Source of the DNA: Thermoplasmatales archaeon
GTDB taxonomy: Archaea > Thermoplasmatota > Thermoplasmata > Thermoplasmatales > GCA-001856825
Reading direction: 5' to 3'
DNA length: 64,000 nucleotides
Assembly: GCA_027343225.1 (NCBI GenBank)
Contig: DAHWMK010000022.1
Span: 136,266-200,265 of the forward strand
Shown here: in pieces, positions 36,912 to 46,727 of the stretch
Position numbering within the stretch: the stretch's first letter is position 1
Layout: every line of letters begins with the position of its first letter
The notes under the pieces: generated by a model
Told to the model about the DNA's origin: nothing
Seen by the model: the letters and a program-made list of their open reading frames with translations, nothing else
Databases searched by the model: none
Program-made: the position numbers and the translations under genes

Positions 36912-38638
36912 CAGTATACCTCCTCAGGCACCAGTTTCTTAAGCTCGTCCGGTATCTTCGGAACCTCTCTCCACTCTAGTTTCATTCCATTATCCCCCTT
37001 GGTGTAAATTATGTTCTTTCTCAATTCTGGGTTCTTCTTCGGGAAATCGCTTCTGGCATGCGCACCCCTGCTCTCCTTTCTTTCAATTGCCCCTCTGACA
37101 ATGGCCTCGGCTGCAATTAGCATGAAAGGAAGTTCGAGCGCCTGCAGCAGTCCCTTGTTGTACTTTAGACCACCCCTAACGCCGGCCATTGTCGAAGTCC
37201 CCTTCAGATCCATCACAGTTTTCAGAGCCTTTCTGAGATTCTCCTCATTTCTTATGATACCTACGTTTTCACTCATGTTTTCCGCAAGTCTCTCGGCAAT
37301 CTCGTGAGGATTCAATCCCTCCTTCCCAACGAATGACTCCACCCTCTCTATTTCAGCCGAAACTACGGATTCATCGATCTTCCCAATTGAAACTTTCTTT
37401 GCATAAGAGGAAGCCCCCTCTCCACTCCTCTTCCCGAAAACGAGTATATCTGCAAGGGAATTACCCCCGAGTCTGTTTGCACCGTGGAGTCCGCTTGCAA
37501 CCTCTCCCGATGCGAACAGTCCTGGAACGTTGGTTGCGGTCGTCTCTGGATCGACTCTTATCCCTCCCATCTGGTAGTGCACAGTTGGTGCGACTTCCAT
37601 CTTCTCCTTCGTTATATCCACTCCCGCGAAATCTAAGAACTGTTTGTACATGCTTGGCAGCTTCTTCTTGATGAAGTCAGGTCCCTTGTGGGTTATGTCC
37701 AGGTAGACCCCTCCATGCGCAGTACCTCTCCCGGCCATTATCTCTGCATAATTGGCCCTTGCAACAATGTCCCTAGCATCTAGTTCCATCTTCTTGGGTG
37801 AATAGCGCTGCATGAATCTTTCACCCTGGGAGTTCAGAAGTATCCCTCCCTCTCCCCTCACGCCTTCGGTGACAAGCAAGCCCTTAACCCCTGGAGGATA
37901 AACCATGCCCGTCGGATGAAACTGGATCATCTCCATGTCCATCAATTCCGCTCCGGCGTCGTAAGCAAGTCCAAGCCCATCTCCGGTTGACTCCCACGAA
38001 TTCGATGTAACCTTATAGATTCTACCGCAACCTCCCGTTGAAATGATCACGGCCCTAGAACTGAAAACGTAAAACTCGCCCGTGTTGAGCTTGAGTCCAA
38101 CAGCTCCAACGACCCTTTCCCCATCCTTCAGAAGCTTCGTAACGTAGAGCTCGTCGAAGAACTTTATGTCTCTGTGAAGAATCTGATCCTCAAGCGTCCT
38201 TATTATCTCAAGACCCGTTCTATCACCAACGTGACAGAGTCTCCTGTATGTGTGAGCCCCAAATGCCCTCTGCATTATGGTTCCCTCCGGCGTCCTGTCA
38301 AAGAGGGCACCATACTCTTCGAGCTCTCTTACCCTCTCAGGAGCCTCCTTTGCTAGGAGCTCAGCCATCCTGTAGTTTGAAATGTAAACTCCCTCTTCCA
38401 TGGTATCCGCGAAGTGGACCTCCCAGCTGTCTTTTGAATCCACGTTTGCAAGGGCTGCGGCAATACCTCCTTCTGCCATGACCGTGTGCGCCTTTCCAAG
38501 GAGTGATTTGGAGAGTATGGTCACCCTCGCTCCCGAATCGAAAGCAGAAATCGCCGCTCTCATCCCTGCCCCTCCAGCCCCAATTATAAGAACATCCGTC
38601 TCGTGTTTAACATATTTCGAACTCATATAACTCATCAA
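36911..38638 (-). CDS. sdhA: Succinate dehydrogenase/fumarate reductase flavoprotein subunit (operon 2)
   Basis: 575 aa with DVLIIGAGGAGMRAA, GKAHTVMAEGG, IQFHPTG, RGAHARSD and GANRLGGNSL. Confidence 0.9.
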   Translation of the reverse strand: MMSYMSSKYVKHETDVLIIGAGGAGMRAAISAFDSGARVTILSKSLLGKAHTVMAEGGIAAALANVDSKDSWEVHFADTMEEGVYISNYRMAELLAKEAPERVRELEEYGALFDRTPEGTIMQRAFGAHTYRRLCHVGDRTGLEIIRTLEDQILHRDIKFFDELYVTKLLKDGERVVGAVGLKLNTGEFYVFSSRAVIISTGGCGRIYKVTSNSWESTGDGLGLAYDAGAELMDMEMIQFHPTGMVYPPGVKGLLVTEGVRGEGGILLNSQGERFMQRYSPKKMELDARDIVARANYAEIMAGRGTAHGGVYLDITHKGPDFIKKKLPSMYKQFLDFAGVDITKEKMEVAPTVHYQMGGIRVDPETTATNVPGLFASGEVASGLHGANRLGGNSLADILVFGKRSGEGASSYAKKVSIGKIDESVVSAEIERVESFVGKEGLNPHEIAERLAENMSENVGIIRNEENLRKALKTVMDLKGTSTMAGVRGGLKYNKGLLQALELPFMLIAAEAIVRGAIERKESRGAHARSDFPKKNPELRKNIIYTKGDNGMKLEWREVPKIPDELKKLVPEEVY

Positions 38639-38671
38639 ATGCTGTCAGCTATTCGAAGAGTATTTTACAAG

Positions 38672-38683
38672 ATATAAATTTTT
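38672..38683 (-). promoter_or_regulatory. Candidate TATA box for complex II operon 2
   Basis: Minus strand reads CTCTAAAAATTTATATCTTGTAAAATACTC..., about 39 nt upstream of ATG 38638. Confidence 0.3.
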
Positions 38684-38742
38684 AGAGATAATTGAATTTA
38701 TTTAGCATTACTCATAACGTCAAGCAGAGCCCCCTCTCACGA

Positions 38743-39681
38743 TCAGATCACAGAGAAGTCAATCTTGTTCATCCTTCTGTCCTTGCTCAGGAGGACTATC
38801 CTTGAATCCTCTCTCTCGCCGCCGAAATCATAGTTAAGGTAGCCGTTGAGCCTGTACGAGAAGTCCCTTATCTCGTCGTGCGATGGCATGTTGTTGATAG
38901 TCAGCCTGTTCCTAGATCCACCTACATGCACATATCCCTTGTTCTCCACGAAATCTGGGTCGGCTTTCCTGTCCAGTCTATAGTACTCTTCTACGTAACC
39001 TAGGTTGACGTTCTTCACCAGAGTGTGCCTTATCACCGTTCGAGTGTCCAGCGAAGGAAGAAGCTCGAGAGTCCTGTTAAGCCTCTCCCACGAGTCCTTG
39101 TATATGGGATTTAGCACCTCATTGAACAGTTTCTTGTTCGGCGCTGCAACGGTAACGTAAAGCTGGGTAGGAAGTACCTTCAGTCTTTCTAGAGCATCGG
39201 GCTGAGTTCCATTCGTTACGACGAAAGTGGAGATGTGCCTGCTCCTCGCCTCTCGAAGGAGGTCGTCCAGTTTTCCGTACAGGGTAGGTTCTCCAGTTAA
39301 AGAAATCGCCATGTGCTTCGGCTGCTGAGCATCTAGCCACTTCTTCATACTGGTTCTAGAATCTCCATTGAAACCCGTTAGCAATAAACGTTGAGCCTGA
39401 ATGGAGCCCTCAAGAATGTCTTCGGCCTCGTCTTCTTGCGGTATCCTTGCTCCCTCCCACCCCTGAGACCTCCAACAGAATGTGCAGTTTTCAGAGCACC
39501 AGTCCACGGACGGAGTCATTTGAATGCATCTGTGACTCTCAATGCCGTAAAAGGTGTTCTTGTAGCACGGCCTGTTGTAGTACAGGTCTTGTCTCACCCA
39601 GTGGCATAGTTTCACGCCAGAATGATTGCCCACTATCTTGTAGCCCTGTTTCTCGAGGGCCCTCTTCTTGACTTCATCCAT
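38743..39681 (-). CDS. taw1: Radical-SAM 4-demethylwyosine synthase (Taw1/TYW1)
   Basis: 312 aa with LEKQGYKIVGNHSGVKLCHW, YGIESHRCIQMTP and the radical-SAM cluster CSENCTFCWR. Confidence 0.88.
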   Translation of the reverse strand: MDEVKKRALEKQGYKIVGNHSGVKLCHWVRQDLYYNRPCYKNTFYGIESHRCIQMTPSVDWCSENCTFCWRSQGWEGARIPQEDEAEDILEGSIQAQRLLLTGFNGDSRTSMKKWLDAQQPKHMAISLTGEPTLYGKLDDLLREARSRHISTFVVTNGTQPDALERLKVLPTQLYVTVAAPNKKLFNEVLNPIYKDSWERLNRTLELLPSLDTRTVIRHTLVKNVNLGYVEEYYRLDRKADPDFVENKGYVHVGGSRNRLTINNMPSHDEIRDFSYRLNGYLNYDFGGEREDSRIVLLSKDRRMNKIDFSVI

Positions 39682-40396
39682 TCAGATTGACACCTACCCC
39701 CGAGACTATGAATCCTGTGTGGTACAGAAACGAAGTCTCGGGCCTCATTCCCATGGCACTCAGTTGCATGGGAACGTCTATGAGCTCATGAACATTGACT
39801 AAAAAACCCTTTTTTAAGAGGAATCGCGAAAATCTCTCTGCTTGCGAATAGGTAGGGAGAATGGTCGAAACCTTCTTGTCGCCAGTGAGCTTCGTGTCAA
39901 GGAAATTCCAGGGCTCCGGATTGTCTATGAATATGCTTTCGAAAGAATTGATGTCCGCCTCCTTTCCGTCCCTGTTGTTTGCATCAATGAATTCTTCCAC
40001 TTCAAATCTTGCGATGTTCCTCTTCATCAGTCGGAAGTATTCCTCGTCAAGCTCATAGCTCACTATTCTGAGTTTGTACATTAGTGCAGCAAGAATGGAA
40101 AAACCACCCGCTCCGCCCCCTATTTCAAGCAGTCTCGAGCTAAACGGCAGATCAAGTTCAAAACATATCTGGGCTACATCTTTCGGGAGGACGATTTGGG
40201 GCCCCCTCTCTATTGAAGACGAAACGTCGTTCAGAGTTGATTTCCGAGTCCTGAATGTTCGAGACCCCAGTTCTATTTCCCCGGTGGATAGAGTTATCTT
40301 CCTCGTATCCAGGTTTCCTAAATTCCTTATGTAAAGTAGTCCAACCTTGTTGGAAAACGAGTAGATTTCGCTATCATTGTATATTGTTACGAGCAC
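39674..40396 (-). CDS. trmI: tRNA (adenine-N1)-methyltransferase TrmI/Gcd14 family
   Basis: 240 aa with RGPQIVLPKDVAQI and the SAM motif LLEIGGGAGGFS. It overlaps taw1 by 8 nt. Confidence 0.8.
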   Translation of the reverse strand: MLVTIYNDSEIYSFSNKVGLLYIRNLGNLDTRKITLSTGEIELGSRTFRTRKSTLNDVSSSIERGPQIVLPKDVAQICFELDLPFSSRLLEIGGGAGGFSILAALMYKLRIVSYELDEEYFRLMKRNIARFEVEEFIDANNRDGKEADINSFESIFIDNPEPWNFLDTKLTGDKKVSTILPTYSQAERFSRFLLKKGFLVNVHELIDVPMQLSAMGMRPETSFLYHTGFIVSGVGVNLNG

Positions 40397-40442
40397 AGAT
40401 TGAACAGAATAAAGAATTTAAAATAGTTATTCTTCCACTCTT

Positions 40443-43028
40443 GTGTCAGAACGGGAAGAGGTCATTGGTTATTTTGTACAGAATGGTTATAGGAGGAAAA
40501 CGTGTGTCCACTGCGGAAAGATATTTTGGACGATTGATCCAAAAAGAAACACCTGCGGTGAGATTCCTTGTGATCCTTACTCGTTCATAGGCAACCCTCC
40601 AACCTCAAAGAAATACTCCCTACAGCAGATGAGGGAGGAGTTTCTTTCTTTCTTCGAGGCGCTGGACCACAAGAGGGTAAAGAGATACCCGATAGTGGCC
40701 AGGTGGAGGGAGGACGTTTATCTCGTGAATGCAAGCATCTACGATTTCCAGCCTCACGTAACATCTGGCAAGGTTCCGCCTCCCGGAAATCCACTGGTGG
40801 TATCGCAGCCGTGTATCAGGACCGTTGACCTAGACAATGTAGGAAAAACGGGAAGACATCTCTCCGTTTTTGAAATGGGAGGTGCCAAGGCGTTCAATTT
40901 TCCAGGCAAAGAGATCTACTGGAAGGACAAGGCAATAGAGCTGGCTGTAAAATTCCTTGAACACCTCGGTGTGAATAAAGAGGAAATCGTGTTTAAAGAG
41001 AAGCCGTGGGCGGGCGGAGGCAACGCAGGATCTTCCGTCGAAGTGATGGTCAGAGGTCTCGAGGTGGCAACGCTGGTGTTCATGGACATGGTCGAAGTGG
41101 CCGATGGAGATGTTGAAATTGACGGTGTGCGTTACAGGAAGATGGAGAACAGGATAGTCGATACCGGCTACGGCATCGAAAGATTTACATGGCTGTCCCA
41201 AGGCACTGACACAATCTATGAAGCTCTGTACCCTCAAATGGTCTCGGAATTAATGAAGGAGGCCGGGATCAGGAGACCGGATTTCCTGAGGAACTTCATC
41301 GACGCCTACGCAAGCGAAGACGGTTCGGAAGTGAAATTTTTGAAGTCCCTTGAAGATGAGGAGCGAATCAATCTGGACAAACTGTCAAACATATACATCT
41401 TGGCTGATCACACTCGTGCAATCACCATCCTTCTGTACGATGGCCTTGTTCCTTCAAACTCCAGGGCAGGCTACGTCCTCAGAATGTTGATCAGGAGAGC
41501 ACTTCTTGCGAGGAAAAAACTGGGAATAGAAACTGAACTTTGGGACCTCGTAGAGCAGCAGAAGGACAGGTTCCGGAGCATTCTTGACACAAGTCTGGAA
41601 AGCTCGGCAAGGGAGATCATCGGACTGGAAGTGGAGAGATTCGAGGAGCTGCTTGGGAAGGGAGACGGGATGATCAAAAAGTACTCCAAGGGTGGAGCAA
41701 TAAGGGCAGAGGATGTGCTTCTCCTATTCGAATCAAATGGGCTTCCAATAGAATACGTCAAGGAGAGATGCGATGCCCTTGGAATAAAGTTCCCTGCAAG
41801 GCTAGACAAGGCAAAGGGATTCTCGAACATCAGAAAGGAACCCAAAGAGAAGGAACTCTCCCTGAAGAACAAGTATCCTCCAACGGAAAAGTCATACTAT
41901 GACAACGAGAAGATTATGGAATTCAACAGCAAGGTGGTAGGTGTCGAGGGAGGTGGAATCATACTTGAAAGTACGTACTTCTACCCCGAGGGAGGAGGGC
42001 AGCCTTCCGACAAGGGTATTATCACTACTGCCGGCACAAAAGTTAGCGTAAATGAGGTCAAGATAGTGGACGGCACAATCGTCCACGGGGTGGATGACAT
42101 CAGTGGGATTAAGGTGGGGGAGACCATTCACGGAATGGTGGCGTCTGACAGGAGAAAAAGGCTGATGCAGAGCCATACCGGAACTCACATAATTCTTTCC
42201 TCGATACGCGATGTTCTGGGACCTCACATCTGGCAGGCAGGGGCACAAAAGGATGAGGCTGTTAACAGACTGGACGTCACGCACTTCAAGGAGGTTTCTC
42301 AGGAGGAGATTTCGAAGATTGAGGATAGAGCCAACGAAATAGTCAGGCTGAATCTTCCCATACACAAGGAGTTCGTCAACAGAAACGATGCAGAGCAGAA
42401 GTACGGTTTCACTCTCTATCAGGGTGGAATACCAGAAGGGAACAAGCTCAGGCTTGTCGAGATACCAGGAATAGATGCAGAAGGATGTGGTGGGACCCAT
42501 CTTGACTCAACTGGTGAGGTTGGCTACATCAAGATAGTCAAAGTGGAAAGAATACAAGATGGAATAATCAGATTCAATTTTGCTACTGGCAAATCGGCGG
42601 TTGAATACTCAGACAGGCAGAGCAATCAGCTCGCAGGGATCAGAGAGAGGCTGGGGGAAGACCCGGTAAAGGCATTTGAAGACTTGAACCGCACCCTTGA
42701 AGAAACCAAGAAGGCAATAGAGTCAGGATTTGAGTATTCCAGTATAAGATATGAGGGCAAAGACCTGAAAATAGTGACGGTAAGCGAGTCAATAGCAGAA
42801 TCAGTTTCCAAGAGTCTCTCATCATCAACGGGCATAGTCATTTCTAGGGAAAAGATAAGAGTCGCATCTTCGTCCCCGGAGGTCTCAGCACTCGACATCA
42901 TGCGCGTCCTTGAGAAGGAAGGTCTCGTAAAAGGCGGCGGGAACAAGACTTATGCGCAAGGAAAAGTATTAAAGGAAAATCTTGGTACTAAAGAGGTAGA
43001 AGAGGCGATAACGTATCACAGTGGATGA
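40443..43028 (+). CDS. alaS: Alanine--tRNA ligase (archaeal type)
   Basis: 861 aa from a GTG start. It has the archaeal N-terminal Zn element CVHCGKIFWT...C, the editing-domain HTGTHI...CGGTHL motifs and a C-terminal DHHA1-like domain. Confidence 0.93.
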   Translation: MSEREEVIGYFVQNGYRRKTCVHCGKIFWTIDPKRNTCGEIPCDPYSFIGNPPTSKKYSLQQMREEFLSFFEALDHKRVKRYPIVARWREDVYLVNASIYDFQPHVTSGKVPPPGNPLVVSQPCIRTVDLDNVGKTGRHLSVFEMGGAKAFNFPGKEIYWKDKAIELAVKFLEHLGVNKEEIVFKEKPWAGGGNAGSSVEVMVRGLEVATLVFMDMVEVADGDVEIDGVRYRKMENRIVDTGYGIERFTWLSQGTDTIYEALYPQMVSELMKEAGIRRPDFLRNFIDAYASEDGSEVKFLKSLEDEERINLDKLSNIYILADHTRAITILLYDGLVPSNSRAGYVLRMLIRRALLARKKLGIETELWDLVEQQKDRFRSILDTSLESSAREIIGLEVERFEELLGKGDGMIKKYSKGGAIRAEDVLLLFESNGLPIEYVKERCDALGIKFPARLDKAKGFSNIRKEPKEKELSLKNKYPPTEKSYYDNEKIMEFNSKVVGVEGGGIILESTYFYPEGGGQPSDKGIITTAGTKVSVNEVKIVDGTIVHGVDDISGIKVGETIHGMVASDRRKRLMQSHTGTHIILSSIRDVLGPHIWQAGAQKDEAVNRLDVTHFKEVSQEEISKIEDRANEIVRLNLPIHKEFVNRNDAEQKYGFTLYQGGIPEGNKLRLVEIPGIDAEGCGGTHLDSTGEVGYIKIVKVERIQDGIIRFNFATGKSAVEYSDRQSNQLAGIRERLGEDPVKAFEDLNRTLEETKKAIESGFEYSSIRYEGKDLKIVTVSESIAESVSKSLSSSTGIVISREKIRVASSSPEVSALDIMRVLEKEGLVKGGGNKTYAQGKVLKENLGTKEVEEAITYHSG

Positions 43029-44772
43029 AATCTTAACGATTCGTTCTGCGGTACGCAAGTATTTTGCCGTCACGAACGAAGTTAAGATTCAGGAAGGCGT
43101 GTACGAATTTCACACTCTGGTAGATCCCAACCTAGAGGCGGATTTCAAGAAGCTAGTTTCGGAGCTGAAGACTATAGGTTACATTCCCGTGATAGGGAAG
43201 GGGAAAGAGGCTGGTTCCGATTACATCATATCTGTTATAAAAAGGAGGAAAGCACGTCCATTCGGAATATGGATAAACGTGGTGCTCCTCGTGGCCACAC
43301 TGGTCTCTACTATATATGTGGGCTCACTGCTTGCGGCTCCATATTTTGGTCTGGGAAACACCTTGCAGCTCTATCTCTACGGCTTCGTCTACTTCTCGCT
43401 CCCTCTCCTCGTGATCCTTGGATCGCACGAGCTAGGTCACTATTTTGTCGCCAAGAAAAACGGCGTTGCCGCATCTCTTCCTTTTTTCATTCCTCTCCCG
43501 GTTCCCCCTCTCGGTACAATGGGTGCATTTATCTCCCTTCGGGACCCTCTTCCAGATAGGAAAACGCTTATCAAGATTGGCGCTGCGGGTCCCCTCGTAG
43601 GGTTCGTAATGAGTATCGTCGTGGGTATCATTGGGGCAAGTCTCGGCGACATCCAGAAGCCTGTGATCATCACCAACTCGCAGATTACCACACTCATATA
43701 CCTGCCCGTTATCTACTACATCTTTCCCGCTATTCACATAACTAACAGCATCCATCCAGTTGCGTTTGCTGCGTGGGTGGGTTTTCTTGTCACGGCAATT
43801 AATCTATTCCCAATTGGTCAGCTGGATGGTGGGCACGTCGCAAGGGGTCTTCTTGGGAAGAATGCAAAATACCTAAGTTACTCATTCATAGTCATCCTTG
43901 TGGTGCTGGGCATTTACTACTTCTCTTGGATACTCTTTGCAATCATAATCATAATCCTCGGACTCAACCACCCTCCTCCGCTGAACGACATTTCTAAACC
44001 CGGAAGGAAGGAAATAATGGTCGGTGTTATCGCGATAGCACTCGTTGCAATATGCTTCTCTCCAGTACCGTTTGCAGAACACGTAGCTCAAGACAATTCC
44101 ATTGCCTACGTGACAGGAGGAAATAATTTTATTATCGTGGGAAACCCCGTTTTCAACGTTGACTACATGTCCCTCAACGTTGACAACACTAACAATTACA
44201 CAATTCTCAACAGTGTGGTGGTCAATACGCCTGCAGGTCTATCTGCAACCGCCCCGTTTAACAACAGTACGGGACCACTTGAAAAAAAGAGTTACGAGAT
44301 CGCGGTCTGGCCTTCCTCCAACTCTAGCCTTGGGTACTACAGCTTCTCTATCAGTGTATCTACCGCAACGAAGCACTGGAATTTCGACAGGAATGTTACC
44401 GTGGTTGAACTGGATCCAAATCTAACCCTTAACAACAGAAATCCTCTGTATTCAAATAGGACTACAATCAACATGACACTCATCAACAACGGTGGTGCAG
44501 CAATTCTTGATATTCACAAGTTCAACAGTTCGTCAGATTTTTACTTGAGCAGTACGACAAATATCGTAACTTTCGGAAACGGTACTTTCCTTACGATACC
44601 ATCTGAAAAGCAGATAACGATCTCCCTGGTGTTCTTCAATCTGACCCAGGCTGGGGGGGTGGTGATGGTAGATCAGAACAGTCCCTGGCAGGCGGTAGTA
44701 GTTTTCTATGTTCCTCCAGACTCGTCGCAGTATCAATTGCTTTCAAACACGCAGGGCTCTCAGTTTGGATAG
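43021..44772 (+). CDS. Site-2 protease (M50) family intramembrane metalloprotease with a large C-terminal extracytoplasmic domain
   Basis: 583 aa with HELGHYFVAKKNG (HExxH) and NLFPIGQLDGGHV (LDG motif). The GTG start overlaps the alaS stop by 8 nt. The C-terminal ~220 aa are Asn/Ser/Thr-rich. Confidence 0.85.
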   Translation: MDEILTIRSAVRKYFAVTNEVKIQEGVYEFHTLVDPNLEADFKKLVSELKTIGYIPVIGKGKEAGSDYIISVIKRRKARPFGIWINVVLLVATLVSTIYVGSLLAAPYFGLGNTLQLYLYGFVYFSLPLLVILGSHELGHYFVAKKNGVAASLPFFIPLPVPPLGTMGAFISLRDPLPDRKTLIKIGAAGPLVGFVMSIVVGIIGASLGDIQKPVIITNSQITTLIYLPVIYYIFPAIHITNSIHPVAFAAWVGFLVTAINLFPIGQLDGGHVARGLLGKNAKYLSYSFIVILVVLGIYYFSWILFAIIIIILGLNHPPPLNDISKPGRKEIMVGVIAIALVAICFSPVPFAEHVAQDNSIAYVTGGNNFIIVGNPVFNVDYMSLNVDNTNNYTILNSVVVNTPAGLSATAPFNNSTGPLEKKSYEIAVWPSSNSSLGYYSFSISVSTATKHWNFDRNVTVVELDPNLTLNNRNPLYSNRTTINMTLINNGGAAILDIHKFNSSSDFYLSSTTNIVTFGNGTFLTIPSEKQITISLVFFNLTQAGGVVMVDQNSPWQAVVVFYVPPDSSQYQLLSNTQGSQFG

Positions 44773-44816
44773 GGAGGACTACCTACCATTTTAATAGGAA
44801 GTGATATTTCACCAGC

Positions 44817-46253
44817 ATGGCAGAATATGACGTTATAGTTGCGGGTGCAGGAGTATCAGGATCCACGGCCGCGGCTATGGCCAGCAAGCTCGGTAAAAGA
44901 GTCCTTCTAATAGACAGGAACTCTTCCGAGGAACCCGGAAAAAAAACAGTATGGGGCTGGGTCTGCGGAGATGCAGTTGCAAGGTCTCACATTACTTATG
45001 TTCAAAAGAACCTTGGGAACACTTTCAGTGACGCGGCTCTGGGTCTCAAAGTAGACGGGGTCGTCGCACTGTCTCCCGATCTGGGCTACAAGCTACCGTT
45101 CGATGGAGAAGGGTACAGTCTCGAAAGACCACTTTTTGGGAAGGCACTTTTCGAAGAGGCGATCAAGAATGGTGCGGAATTCAGGGGGAAGTTTAGCGTA
45201 GAGGGACCGATAGTCGAAGACAACGCAGTGAAGGGAGTCTATGGAAAGAATGAGAATGGAGAGGAAGAAAAGATCAGGGGAAAGGTGACGATAGATGCAC
45301 TGGGAATCGCATCTCTCCTTAGGAGGAAGCTTCCAGACAATCAGTACATTGACAAGGAAATAGATTACGAGGATCTAGAGCTTACGGGGAGGTTCATCTA
45401 CAAGACGGACGACTCATTTGATGACCCCAAGTACTACGACAAAAAGAACGCCCTGATCCACCTGAACCAACAGATGGCTCCGGGAGGGTATGGATGGGTG
45501 TTTCCTAAGACGGATGGAAGGGTCAATGTAGGTTTGGGAGTTCAACACAGGAGCCTCGAGATAAGGAACAAGAAGTTCGGTGCCAATGATAATCTGAAAT
45601 CTCTCATTGAGAAGTACGTGAAGTGGAACCCTCTGTTCAAGAGCTACAAACTTGACAGCACAAGCAAGAATGGGGAGGGATACTGGAGTGTCAGTGTGCG
45701 AAGACAGATGGAGGGAATGGTCTTTCCCGGATACATAGGAGCGGGTGATTCTATGGCTTCTGCCAATCCACTAAGCGCGGGTGGAATAGGTCCAGCCCTC
45801 ATAGGAGGAATTCTTTCAGGCAAGGCAGCAGCCATGGCAGTCGAGTCTGGAGATACCAGTCTGGAAGGGCTGTGGAATTACAATGTAGACTACGTGAAAC
45901 AGTATGGAAAAAGCATGGCTGGAATGGAGGTATTCAGAATCTTCCTTCAATCGATGAACAATCAGGATATTGACTACGGAATGAAGAGTTTCATAACGTA
46001 CGAGGAAGCGGTAGAAATCACGTATGGAAGAATCCCAGAGCTGTCACTCACCAATAAGGTCAGCAAGTTGGTGAAGGGGGTTGGTGCCCTCAGGACGTTC
46101 AAGGACTTGGTATGGACGACGCAAAAAATGAAGGAACTCAATAATTTGTACGCAGATTACCCAAGGTCTCCGAAGGAGTTTCCCGAGTTCAAGAAGAGAG
46201 TGGTATCAATGATTAATGAAGCAAAGGCAAGGATGCCCTCAGCCCCGGTCTAG
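44817..46253 (+). CDS. Geranylgeranyl reductase family FAD-dependent oxidoreductase
   Basis: 478 aa with YDVIVAGAGVSGSTAAAMAS...LLIDRN, GGYGWVFP and GDS...NPLSAGGIG. Confidence 0.82.
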   Translation: MAEYDVIVAGAGVSGSTAAAMASKLGKRVLLIDRNSSEEPGKKTVWGWVCGDAVARSHITYVQKNLGNTFSDAALGLKVDGVVALSPDLGYKLPFDGEGYSLERPLFGKALFEEAIKNGAEFRGKFSVEGPIVEDNAVKGVYGKNENGEEEKIRGKVTIDALGIASLLRRKLPDNQYIDKEIDYEDLELTGRFIYKTDDSFDDPKYYDKKNALIHLNQQMAPGGYGWVFPKTDGRVNVGLGVQHRSLEIRNKKFGANDNLKSLIEKYVKWNPLFKSYKLDSTSKNGEGYWSVSVRRQMEGMVFPGYIGAGDSMASANPLSAGGIGPALIGGILSGKAAAMAVESGDTSLEGLWNYNVDYVKQYGKSMAGMEVFRIFLQSMNNQDIDYGMKSFITYEEAVEITYGRIPELSLTNKVSKLVKGVGALRTFKDLVWTTQKMKELNNLYADYPRSPKEFPEFKKRVVSMINEAKARMPSAPV

Positions 46254-46259
46254 GATATT

Positions 46260-46727
46260 CTACCGGACAGAGTGTTTCAGAACTCTTCCTTCGCTCACTT
46301 TTGACCTGCAGTATTCGTACAGTGCATCGTAGAGTGGGAACTGCATTTTCATGTTCTCAAAATCGTCCTTCGATATCTTGCTGAATCCCGTAGCAGCAGC
46401 TTCTAGTCCAGGTGATTCTGGAGGAGTATCCGATATCGAGGCATCAGCTCCCCTCACTATCTTTGCGAGTTCTAGGAGCGGCTTATCATCCAGCTTATAC
46501 TTCCTGATAACTGCGTCAAAAGAGACGAATTCACTTCCTCCTTCGTTGTAATGATATAATTCAGCGCCTGGTACGTCAAATGGTATTGCTCCCGTTCTTT
46601 TAGCCTCATCCAAAACCCTTTCCTTTGGAACGAAAATGAAGATTGCTTCCGGGTCAACGAATTTCCTGATCAGCCAAGGACAAGCAATTCTGTCGACTCT
46701 TGCCTTTTCACGAGTGATCCATTTCAT
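46260..46727 (-). CDS. Chromate-resistance (ChrB C-terminal, Chrome_Resist-like) domain protein
   Basis: 155 aa. MKWITREKARVDRIACPWLIRKFVDPEAIFIF is the family signature as I recall it. Confidence 0.65.
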   Translation of the reverse strand: MKWITREKARVDRIACPWLIRKFVDPEAIFIFVPKERVLDEAKRTGAIPFDVPGAELYHYNEGGSEFVSFDAVIRKYKLDDKPLLELAKIVRGADASISDTPPESPGLEAAATGFSKISKDDFENMKMQFPLYDALYEYCRSKVSEGRVLKHSVR

